Both the position numbers and the translations under genes were made by a program. This document shows, piece by piece, positions 13,296-25,298 of a stretch of DNA of 64,000 nt (positions within the stretch are counted from its first letter, which is position 1; each line of letters starts with the position of its first letter). Below the pieces are notes generated by a model, which was given only the letters and a program-made list of their open reading frames with translations, had not been told where the DNA came from and made no database searches. Source of the DNA: Mytilus trossulus (Eukaryota); NCBI RefSeq assembly GCF_036588685.1, contig NC_086375.1, positions 59,582,001 through 59,646,000 on the forward strand, written 5' to 3'.

Positions 13296-13707
13296 GAATA
13301 AAAAATGTTAAAAAGGTCAAATAAAGTACGAAGTTGAAAAGCATTGAGGATCAAAATAAAGCTAAAGTAATCTATTCCTGTGGTAGAAAAGACTTAGTAT
13401 TTCAAAAATTCAAAGTCTTGTTAATTAGGAACATATCAATTGATATATCAAAAGGATGCACATTTTTTGGTTAATCGTTTTCAAAAATACACCTGCTTAA
13501 AACCAATGCCAGTATATTTTACACATTCTTTTTTTCGAACTTTATTATCAATACTACAAATAATATAAGTTAGATAAATTTATACATATTATTTTATTTT
13601 TATAATGACTATAAAGTCTACGTTCATATTAAATAGACGATATATCATACAACTTTCAAGTTAACATGTCATCAACGTAGTGTATTTTATTTCTTAAATA
13701 AGTCTGC

Positions 13708-16080
13708 CTATTTTTCTCTCATCATCTTGATAAATTCTGAAAATATAGAAATAGAGCTATTATGTCACAAAATACACATACAAACAAGAAAATAAGTGAC
13801 CGCAATTCAGTTGTGTAGCTGTTCAAACTACTGCCAAATTTTGTGGAATCCGACGAACTCTTTCACATGTTGACCGTTGCATTAAACATTCCTGGATAAT
13901 TATATGTCATTGCTTTTTGTTTTGTTTGTTTTCCACTCACTATGTTCCTTATGTCTTCTAGTGAATGGGGTAACGCGTTTTGCCCTCATTTAAATGTAGT
14001 ATCAATGATATGATATTTATATATAGATATAAGACTATGTGATAGATATGAGTGCCAATAAAATAAATCTCCATCCATTGTGTCTGTTTTTTCATACGAG
14101 TTGTATATTTTTTCACCATAGTTGCTATATGTATTCCTTTTTGTATAAAAAAAATATTCATATTATGGATATAACAATCGAAATATAAAAACAAGGTATT
14201 ACATGAAACATAAAGCTGTAATCGGATGCCTTTCCCTTCCTTTTGACTTGGAGTAAAATAAAACCAATAAAACTAAAGTTATACTCTTCCAGGAACGATC
14301 TTAACACCTGGAAAATATATTTCTAGAATCTTACATTCTTACATACCAGTTTCCCAGTTGCTTTTTCGTTTGTAATTTTCTCCAAGGTTATGTATATATC
14401 TTTATCCTGTAACGCTTCTATCAGTTGGACTGAGATGGATTTGGCTATTTTATTATGCTATTGTTGGTCAGATAGTTCTTAAATTGTTTTTGTTCTTAAT
14501 AATCATAGGCTTTCAAATATCTGGATGTACGATCTTGATGGAGGGACAACCAGAAAAGCGCTTCGTATTGCAAGAAATTTATATTATGTGTTGTTTTCAC
14601 TTTTTTTCTCACAATGAATTATTGTTTATTCAAGTCTAGGTCAAACCCAGTACTTTTGACCTTTTGACTCAATCATTTGTAAAACTTGCCTACCTGCTAG
14701 GTCTATTTGTCCGTCTCCATCAGAATCAGCTTCCATTATCATTTCTTCTGCCTCTTCCTTGGACAAATTTTCTCCCATTGAATTCATAGCTGCTCTGAAC
14801 TCATCAGATGCAATGATGCCGTTACCATCCTTATCGTACACATTGAACACTTCTCTATAATCGTCATCAGTACATGGTTGCCTCATAGCATCAGACATCA
14901 GTTCCAAGAATTCTTCATAATCTATCCCCTCATTTCCTGAAATTAAGTTTTACATTTATTATAGGTTTATATTCAATACTGTATCAAGTCTTTATTTAAC
15001 TCTTTTTGTGTTATTTGCTATTAATTTTCTTTGTTTTTTTGATGGATTTTGTTTGTTGTTCTTTTATGAGATGTTTTGATGGTAAACAAGTATCCATTTA
15101 GAAGATAATAAAAAAAGAAAAAATATATTTATTTGATAAAAGCTTTTGATTAAATCTTCAAAGAAAACACAAAAATTTTAAATAGAAAGTTATCCTGAAC
15201 ATAAGCACACAGTCAACCATACATACTATAAAAAAAAAAAAAATCATATTCTATACCCCTCTGATCTATCTCTTTGATTATGTCCTGTAGTTCAGCTTCA
15301 GTTGGACTCTGGTTAAAGGCCCTCATGAGTAAACCAAGATCAATTGAAGATAACTTTCCATCTTTGTTTTTGTTAAAATGTTTAAAGATATTCTGTATTT
15401 CTAAAACAAAAACACATGTTGCAAATAAAAGTATATGGTCCCGGAGCAAGTGAATTGAGTATGAATTTCATATAAAGTCGGAAACAGATTTCTATACCAC
15501 AATCCGTTATGTGAGAATTAAATAATATAACGGCTTTTACTGCATTTTTTCCTCAAATACGCGTACTTCGTTTATTTTTCCTTTTTGACTCATGTACAGA
15601 GCATTATATGGTTATAAATAAATGCGACGTTAAATTGCATTTTGAACTCATGATATTGTAGAGTCTCCATTCTTTTTTTACAAAAGAATACATTTCGTAC
15701 ATGCATCATTGAAGACCATAATGGGTTGTTGCGTGAATTTCTTTATTTTGTTTTAGGCCGTGCCTTTATCGTTGATATGTATGTATGTGTATTTATATAA
15801 TTGCATTGTAATTTTTTTTCAAATATTTAGTTGTATTGAAAATGTGCTTATACAAACCTTCTAACTGGTCTTCTGTAAAATCAGACGCCTGTTTGAAACA
15901 AACAAATATGCATTACTATGATCGTCATTTAAGATAACAATACTAAATATGAATATTTGCAGATTTCCAGTATCAAAAGATGAGACATATAAACACACAA
16001 AAATAAAGATATTGAAAATAGCTGATATGTTCTGGACTAGTTTAATAAAACCGTACACAAATAATAATAAAACTTACCAT
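13708..16080 (-). CDS. Calmodulin-like protein A, 149 aa: join(16078..16080,15858..15888,15257..15400,14694..14936,13708..13736)
   Basis: Exons of 3/31/144/243/29 bp, all GT-AG. Protein: MASDFTEDQLEEIQNIFKHFNKNKDGKLSSIDLGLLMRAFNQSPTEAELQDIIKEIDQRGNEGIDYEEFLELMSDAMRQPCTDDDYREVFNVYDKDGNGIIASDEFRAAMNSMGENLSKEEAEEMIMEADSDGDGQIDLAEFIKMMREK*. Confidence 0.93.
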
Positions 16081-16307
16081 TCTGCTATACTTTTATTTTT
16101 AAACGTTTTGAAACTCGACACCAACATGAACATTGACCTAATAATCTAGTGTTCGGGAGAATTCACCATTCAAGGTTTTTAAATACTTTTAATTATTTTC
16201 GTCGTCCTCGGTGTTTTTGTAATTCGATTTTGATATACATGTGACTGTTTGTTCCTATCACTGCGTCTAGTATTTTTTAAGGAATACTCACCAAAGATTT
16301 CCCTTAC

Positions 16308-19300
16308 GTTGTAATTTAAATTCTTTTATAACTATACTGAAAAAAAAACAATAGAGAGATAATTCTTTAAAAAGAAATATAGACAAAGGGTTATTCATTA
16401 ACGTTTCTTTTTGTTTAAGATATTTCATCGATAATAAAAAAAAGTTTGTTTTAATTTTGGGAAGTCATATTTTTTTTAATTGGTTAAAGTCAAGCATATT
16501 TGATTTATTTACCCAAAGTAACATGGATTGGACACATTTAATCGTACTTTTGTAGTCTTTTCCAAATTTCTTAATCGTATTTGGGACTTTTTTTTTAAAT
16601 TTTGGGTTTGAGATACTTCGACTTTGTATTTGATTTTATTTACAATTGTTTTGATCTAAGTGCCACTGGCAAGTCTAATGCCGACGATTTTCATGTCTGG
16701 TGTACATTATATAAGCCTGGTATATTTGTTGAGTTTTTATAACCACTTGGTATATGCTACTGCTGATGGACGTTTCGGGAATCACCAGGTCAGAAACCTT
16801 CTAATGTTAAGTGCTATTTTTGAGGAAAAAGGAAAATATGCTATACATTCTAACTGCAAGTGTTTAAGAGGGGCGAAAGTCACCAAAGTCACATTCAAAC
16901 TCAAATAGGTAAACAATGAATTGACAGCGGCATGGCTACAAAATAAAAGGAAAACAATAGTACACAAAACACAAAACAGAAAGCTACCACAAATTGGGTG
17001 TGATTTAATTGGCCTTGGAAGGTTAAGCATATATTACTCAACATGTGGCACTCGTCTATGAAAGTGTGAACTTTCTCAGTTTTTGGAATATTCACTTTTA
17101 GTATTTCATAATGAAGGGAGATGCAGAGCACACAGGTTTAATTTTTCTATGTGTACGTTTCGGCAATAACATGTATCAACATGTATCACCAGTCATGTAG
17201 ACAGAACATCGTGATTGACATGAAATTGATGAATTATCATTGATATGGTCACATTTATGAATTAACTAACTAAATTATATTACAATTGCTCTAAATATTA
17301 AGGATTTTCTTCCCAAGGTATAGATTAACTTAGCTGTATTTGGTAACACCTTTCGGAATTTTTGAACCAGAATACTCTTTAACATTCTGTGATTCGCCTT
17401 TTTATTTTTATTTTTATTTCATGCGCCACTGATGTTTTCATTTGCGAAATGTGTGAATGACTTACAAAATGATCAGCCTGTTAGCTTGAATGTGTTAAAT
17501 ATATAGGTATTCCAATGGGCACCAATTTTGATCCTTCGATTGCATATTAGTTCCAATATTGTAATAACATAGTTACTGGCCAAATTTTAAAAAGTCAAAG
17601 TTTCTTGCAGTTGTTTATAAATTTCAACTAGTACAAACACATGTTTCCGTATCTCAATATTGACTAATTTATTTATACCTTCTATTTACAAATGTGATAG
17701 TTCTCCGTAAATATATGACCCGTCTTTTTAATTATTGTTAACATGCACATCGCCACCAACACGTCTATGCTAATGGTTACACGAATGGTGTAAAATCATA
17801 GTATGATCTTCATCCCGAGATCTGTAAACAATTTCGATAGTGCACAAAGCTGTGAACATATAATATAAAACCTTTCGGAATTTCCTCGTTGTTCTAATAC
17901 TTTGTACATTATTTGGCCTTTTTAAATATATTTTATTTGAGGGTTATTGATGAGTGTTTTGTAGACCAAAATGACGTCTGTCGTAGCCCTAGCCCAGTAG
18001 TCAGCACTTCATTAATATTGTCATATTTATAATTGTTTACAAAACTTTAAAATTTTTAAAATACTAAGGCTTTCTACCTTAGGAATATACTACCTTAGCT
18101 GTATTTGGCTGTATTCTTGCGGTGTAATTTAAATTCTTTTATAACTATATTGAAAAAAAACAATAGACAGATAATTCTTTAAAAGAATAATAGAAAAAGA
18201 GTTATTCAATAACGTTTCTTTTTGTTTAAGATATTTCATCGATAATAAAAAAAGTTTATTTTGAATTTGTGAAGCCATATGTATTTTAATTGGTTTAAGT
18301 CAAGCATATTTGATCTATTTACCCAAAGTAACATGGATTGGACACAATTAATCGTACTTGTGTAGTCTTTTCCAAATTGCTTAATCGTATTTAAATTAGC
18401 ACATTTTTAAATTTTTGGGTTTTATATACTTCAACTTTGTATTTGATTTTTTTACAATTGTTTTGATCTAAGTGCCACTGGCGAGTCTAAGTCCGACGAT
18501 TTTCGTGTCTGTTAGACATTATTATAAGCCTTGTACATTTGGTAAGTTTTTAAAACCACTGGGAATATGCTACTGCTGATGGGCATTTCGGGAATCACCA
18601 CGTCAGAAACCTTCTAATGTTAAGTGTCATTTTAAGGGAAAAGGAAAATATGCTAGACATATTAACTGCAAGTGTCAAAGAGGGGCGAAAGTCACCAAAG
18701 TCACATTCAAACTCAAATAGGTAAACATGAATTGACAGCGCAATGGCTACAAAATAAAAGAAATAAAAGGAATAAAAGGAAAACAATAGTATACAAACCA
18801 CAACATAGAATGCTACCAAAAATGGGGGTTGATGTTATTGGCTTTGGAAAGTTAAGCATATACTACTCAACATTCGGCACTCGTCTGTGAAAGTGTGAAC
18901 TTTCTCATTTTTTTTTATATTCACATTAAGCATTTCATGATGAAGGGAGATGCAGAACACACAGGTTTAATTTTTCTATGTGTACGTTTCGGCAATAACA
19001 TGTATCAACATGTATCACCAGTCATGTAGACAGAACATCGTGATTGACATGAAATTTATGAATTATCATTGATATGGTCACATTTATGAATTAACTAACT
19101 AAATTATCTTACAATTGCTCTTAATATTAAGGATTTTCTACCCAAGGTATAGATTAACTTACCTGTATTTGGCAGCACCTTTCGGAATTTTCGAACCTGA
19201 ATGCTCTTCAACATACTGTGATTCGCCTTTTTATTTTTATTTTTATTTCATGCGCCACTGATGTTTTCATTTGCGAAATGTGTGAATGACTGACAAAATG

Positions 19301-19941
19301 ATCAGCCTGTTAGCTTGAATGTGTTAAATATATAGGTATTCCAATGGGCACCAATTTTGATCCTTCGATTGCATATCAGTTCCAATATTGTAATAACATA
19401 GTTACTGGCCTAATTTAAAAAAAAGTCAAAATTTCATCCAGTTGTTTGTAAATTACAACAATTACACACACATGTTCTGTATCTCAATCTTGACTTATTC
19501 ATCTTTACCTTCTATTTACAAATGTGCTAGTTCTCCGTAAATATATGACCCGGCTTTTTAATTATTGTTGACATGTACATCGCCAATAACACGTGTATGC
19601 GAATGGTTACACGAATGTTGTAAAATCATAGTATGATCTTCATCCCGAGATCTGTAAACAATTTCGATAGTGCACAAAGCTATGAACATATAATATAAAA
19701 CCTTTCGGAATTTCCTCGTTGTTCTATAACTTTGTACATTATTTGGCCTTTTTAAATATATTTTATTTGAGGGTTATTGATGAGTGTTTTGTAGACCAAA
19801 ATGACGTCTGTCGTAGCCCTAGCCCAGTAGTCAGCACTTCATTAATATTGTCATATTTATAATTGTTTACAAAACTTTTAAATTTTTAAAATACTAAGGC
19901 TTTTCTACCTTAGGAATATACTACCTTAGCTGTATTTTGGC
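16308..19941. repeat. Tandem duplication of a ~1.81-kb unit (16308-~18110 and ~18121-19941)
   Basis: Both units begin tgtaatttaaattcttttataactata and are collinear with high identity to taccttagctgtattt. Confidence 0.9.
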
Positions 19942-20735
19942 AAAATTTTAAGGAATTTTGGTCCTCAATGCTCTTCAACTTTGTACTTTATTTGGCCTTT
20001 TTAACTTTTTTGGATTCGAGCGTCACTGATGAGTCTTTTGTAGACGAAACGCGCGCCTGGCGTATATACATTTTTTTTAAAATTTTTGAAAAACTAAGGC
20101 TTTTCTACCTGAGGAATAGATTACCCTATCGTATACCATTATTTCAAATCCTTTTTTCTTTAAATCAGTCAACTCTAAATTGAATTTTGGTCCTCAATAC
20201 TCTTCAACTCGTATTCTTTTTGGAATTTTTAAAAACTTTTTAGAATTCGAGCGTCACTGATGAATCTTTGGTAGACGAAACGCGCGTCTGGTTTATATAC
20301 AAAATTTAAACTTGGTATCTATGATGAGTTTATTTAAAACCATTTGGTCGTTGCCAATGCTGGTGGAGTTTTAATTCCCTGAGGGTTTCACCAGCCTAGT
20401 AGTCAGAACTGCTGTGCTGACTTGAATTATCATTGATATGGTCATAGTTATGAATTAACTGTTTACCAAACTTTTGAATTTTTGAAATACCAAGACTTTT
20501 CTACCTCAGAAATAGATTACCTTAGCTGCATTTGGCAAAACCTTGATGAATTTTGATTCTGAATGCATTTCAATTTCGTATTCTATTTGGATTTTTTAAA
20601 CATTTTTTTGAATTCGAGCGTAGCTGATGAGTCTTTTGTAGACGAAACGCGCGTCTGACGTATATACAGAATTTAATCCGGGTATCTATGACGAGCTTAT
20701 GTGTACAATTTTAATCCTGGTATCCATGATAAGTT
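19860..20735 (+). ncRNA. Tandem retrozyme-like repeat array with three family-1 hammerhead ribozymes (20018-20064, 20249-20295, 20616-20662)
   Basis: The consensus GAGCGTCA-CTGATGA-GTCT tttgt AGAC-GAAA-CGCGCG-TC-TGGCGTA repeats at spacings of 231 and 367 nt with shared spacer sequence. Confidence 0.85.
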
Positions 20736-21016
20736 AAGTAGAGTAAATATCACATCTTTACATTCACTATAAAAACCATAGTAAAACTAATGACAACCAT
20801 GCAGAGTGTCAATTTTATCTTTCTAATAAATGTAATAAATTATAAAAAAAATCTTCACTTTCCAAGAGTTGTTATGCGAAAACGTTTATTTCGGAAAATT
20901 AAAAACTTTTGTTTCTTGTAGTGAAGGACAGATGTGTACTATTTTAATACATAATAAATAAATGCTTGTCAAAGTTAAAACTGTTCAAATCTTCAATTTA
21001 TATGACTGTGTCTTTA

Positions 21017-24000
21017 TCATTTTGATGTCACCGTCATCACAAACTCTGAAAGTAAAATTGTATTTCATAATTTTGTTTATTATAAAAATTCCTCACATAT
21101 TTTTTTAATTAATATTTGAGCATTGTCTTCAAATTGACTTCTTTGAATTCAATTGCTCCTTTAGCAGATTGTTGTCCGCACTTTAACTATAATTAGAACT
21201 GGCATCGGGTGCTGGTGAAAGAAATCTGAAGATAACCCAAATTAGCATTCCTTTTCTTCCTATTATTTTTTGTATTTTCTTCTTTTGTCGTGTTGTAGTC
21301 TTAATTCTTTGTCTAAACATTTCTCAAGTGTTTGGAAATATAAGTGTCATCAATTAAAAGTTAAAATGGGTAAAATTTTGTCTTTTAAAATTATTGTAAT
21401 TGTACGTTTTCCTACGAATTTTCGACGGATTTTGGAAGTGATATTTCAAATTTTACCTAAATTGCAGTGGGTCACAATTGTTAACTTAATGAAACATATA
21501 TATATCTCAGATCAAATTTATTCGTTCATTGTGTATTAATTTACGTTTTTTGATTGAGTTGAGTCTGCCAATTGATATTTTATCGTGTGTTTTTCTATGT
21601 TGTGATGTTATGCTACTGTTTCAGAAAAAGGGAGAAGGTTTGGATCCATTTAATCGTTTAATCCCGCTGCAAATGCTTGCATATGTCCTAAGTCAGGAAT
21701 CTGATGTACAGTAGTAAAAAGTTGTCGTTTGTTTATCTATCTTATACGTGTTTCTCGTTTCTCGTTTTTTATATAGATTAGACCGTAGGTTTTCCCGTTT
21801 GAATTGTTTTACACTAGTAATTTTGGGACCCTTTTAAGATAGAGTGTGAGCTAAGGCTCCGTGTTGAAGACCGTACATTACCTACAATGGTTTAACTTTT
21901 TTTAAATTGTTATTTGAATGAAGAGTTGTCTCATTGACACTCACATAATATCTTCCTATATCTATAGTATAATTCGAATATCATACTACTATAGCATGTT
22001 AAACCCGGGGGTATCAAATGGTCCATAGCAATTACTTTGATTTCAAAAAGATACCTGGTGAAACTGGAAAGAATGGTCCGATATCTTAAATTTTCATGAA
22101 TGCTCACTACTCACAGAAGTCGTGCTATGTTTTTTTAGCTGTTATAATTGTTGTTTCTGGAATTTCCTTTATTTTAATTTTCTTCGAATTTCCATCGTTC
22201 ATATTTCTGCAGATTTTCAAATTTGTTTAATTTTTGTTACATAACTACTAAAGGAAATTAAAAGTATATTATAATATCATTAATATTACCCTCGTAATTA
22301 ATTTTCCCCTCGCCGTCTTTATCTGCTTCTTGAATTAATTCCTCTATTTCTGCATTTGACATAACTTCACCCATAGTTGTCATTAGATGTCTAAAATGTT
22401 TGGAATCAATATATCCTTTCCCATCCTTATCGAAAACTTTAAACGCTTCTTGAAGTTCAGTCATAGGGTCTTTTGGTTTCATTCGAGTTGACATTATACT
22501 CAACATTTCAGAAAAGTCTATAGTTTGGTTACCTGAGAGAGAAAAACATAAAGATGGTAGTTTAAGTTTTAATTGTACTTTTTTTCACTGCAATCATATT
22601 ACATCACCCTAGTTTCATATAGAGCTTGAAACAAAAGAATTTAAGTATTTAATAATAACACAAAATATAGAATGCACCATGTATACAAAACTTAAAACCA
22701 TAGAAATGTAGCTTTTATTCGACTATTCCTCTCAACAATGTCACGATGAGGAACTTCTACACAAAACGAAACCTTGCAAAAGAGGGACGAAAGATCTCAG
22801 AGGGACAGTTAAACTCATAAAGCGAAAATAACTGACAACGCAATGGCTAAAAATGAGAAAGACAAACAGACAAACAATAGTACACACGAGACAACATAGA
22901 AAATTAAGGAATAAGCAACACGAACCCCACCACAAACTAGGGGTTGTCTCAGGTGCTCCGAAAGGTTAAGCAGATCCTGCTATACATGTGGCAACCGTTG
23001 TGTTTCTCATGTTATTACTAATCCGGTAAATAGTATAATTCGGTAGGTCATATTCATGAAAAGGAAGAGGTTTTTAGTTACGCCGTAAAAAACATATCCG
23101 ATATCATTTGTAAAACGGTTATTCCATAACGGTCAACCAATTCGTTATGGCGTTCGTAAAATTTACGACGGGATGATTTCAACTTCAATATTTTGGGTTG
23201 GTTAGGTGATTTTGTATGGATGATTTATGGGTTTATTTCCCACTTAATTTAATTTAAATATGGTGTTGTAGACGATAGCGTAGAGGGAGGAAACGGTAAA
23301 AATGATTTTGAATAACTTTGACCAAGGCTTGACATAGACCTAAATTATCATCGTAATTATCAAATGAGAATCGAAATAATTTAAATGTCACCTTTAAAAT
23401 TTTACTTGGCTTATGATTAGCAATACAATTTTAGTTAAACTGTTCAATAGTCTATAGTGTTTTAATAATAACTTGATGGAGATTTTTTTAAGAAGTTAAA
23501 CAAATAAAGAAAGTTATTTTATCTTATCGAGTTCGTTAATTATATGGCAAATCGGATGCCAGGTATACATCTTAAGTATTTATAAACAAAAGTGTGCATT
23601 TTGTTCCTCCTTTTCTGGATAGTTCACATGGGTAGCCCGGAATTAAACCAAGTTATTATGTTTGCTTCAAAATTAAATTAAATAACTTATACTTACCACC
23701 TTCATCATAGTTTTTAGTTAACATTTCTATTTCAGCCTCTGATGGACTCTGTCCTAACGCTCTCATTACTGTACCTAGCTCTTGTGGATTGATAAAACCA
23801 TCATTGTCCTTATCAAACAATGTAAAACATTCTTTAATTTCTGAAATAGTTCATATATAAAATAATAATTAAAATTGAAAGCATAACTGACCATATGCAT
23901 TTATCAAGAGGTTATCAAAGACACAACTTATCAGATCCCATGGTCATCTATAAAATGAAAGTATGTCTGTTGGATTCAACAAAAATTATTGTAGTTTTTT

Positions 24001-24753
24001 ATTTGATGGTTTTTTGTATATTCTAGTGCTGTATTTGTACTTTATCTGTCATAGTTAATATTTGATTGCATTTTTGTGTTGTTAATGCTCAACGACTATC
24101 TTTCATATTTTCACAATATCAGCACTCATGAATTACGCCTTGGTTATAATGTTAGGTATATATACCTGTTATTTGATCCTCTGTTAGCCCGTCAGCCTGT
24201 TATATAAAGAAGGAAATCATCAAATATAGCTATGATATCGGTAAAGTTTATTTTATTGAAAATTGCCATCATATTGTTTCTTCCTCTAATGGTGACTTAT
24301 TCGGCTAAAAGGTATCATTGTTAAAATAGATCACACCTGTATTCTTATTATTTTGAGAATAGAAAATAGGAGAAGCACATTTATAGACAAAATAGCATTT
24401 TATTACTATCCTAATGATACTCGTAACACTTTTATTGCTGGTTTTTCATGAAAGTTTTCAAGGATGAAAAAAAGTGCTATTATCAACCATAGCTACATGT
24501 GTCTTTGAAGATAAATATGCTCGAGTTATTGATAAATTTCAACCAAACTCGTGAATTCTTTCGTTTGAATGGCCAAATAAAAAATAAAACATGCCGGGAC
24601 ACAATTTTATATTTGCAGGAAAAACATTTTCATTTTTTAGCTTGAAAAAAATTAAAGAAAAAATAAGCTTTTAGTTGGTGCAATATTACTGTTGTTTTGA
24701 AAGAACGATTACAGAACTGAAAAAATAAAACAAAATATTGTTTTACTCACCAT
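21017..24753 (-). CDS. Calmodulin-like protein B, 149 aa: join(24751..24753,24166..24196,23697..23840,22290..22532,21017..21045)
   Basis: Exons of 3/31/144/243/29 bp, GT-AG. Protein: [149 protein letters not shown]. Confidence 0.93.
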
Positions 24754-25298
24754 ATCGACTGTGCATGTGTATGTTTAAGTTCACTAGAGTTAAAATGGTG
24801 TCGAAACAGTTGTAAACACGACACCTATTTTCTTTAGAAATTGATTTAATTAATTTGCTTAACGATCCGGTACAATGCTACCTTTCTCTTTGTCTTAATA
24901 CAAACCAACGAAAGTTAGAAAGCCAATGTTCACAAGTTTAAATGATTCATGTTTTTCAATTTATGTGTATGTACCTGTTAATTTTTTATTCATTGTGGTT
25001 CGTGTAACCCCTGCTGTTTTCTGCAAATTAAAAGTAATTATATTGTCAATAATTAATTTCTTGTTAGCGATAGCATCACTTATACATTGTACATATAATT
25101 ACAGTTACTTTAAGTTTGATATGATATTTGAAACATTGTGGATTGATATTTCCTATTAAATAATTATAAACGCATGAATGGCATAATATAATTTTGGTTA
25201 TTTGTAACTAATGAAATGAGTTTTGATTTCTTTTGTATAGTATAATATATCAATGTCCAAACTAATTGTAAATATATAGCTTTGCTTTACATTTTATC
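24754..25298. promoter_or_regulatory. Putative bidirectional promoter and 5' UTR region between head-to-head genes B and C
   Basis: Divergent ATG|GT micro-exons (ATG|gtgagt on - at 24753, ATG|gtaagc on + at 25299) are separated by 545 bp with no recognised repeat. Confidence 0.6.

Noticed and set aside
16292-16322. Alternative 31-bp coding exon 2 for gene A (NLNYNVREIF)
   Set aside because: It lies upstream of the ATG|gtaagt exon at 16078. The exon at 15858-15888 (ASDFTEDQLE) has a better acceptor and clear CaM similarity. This segment is more likely 5'UTR.
21190-21225. Alternative last exon for gene B after ttcag at ~21226
   Set aside because: It translates to [10 protein letters not shown]..., which is not CaM-like. 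21017-21045 gives the expected 29-bp EFVMTVTSK*.
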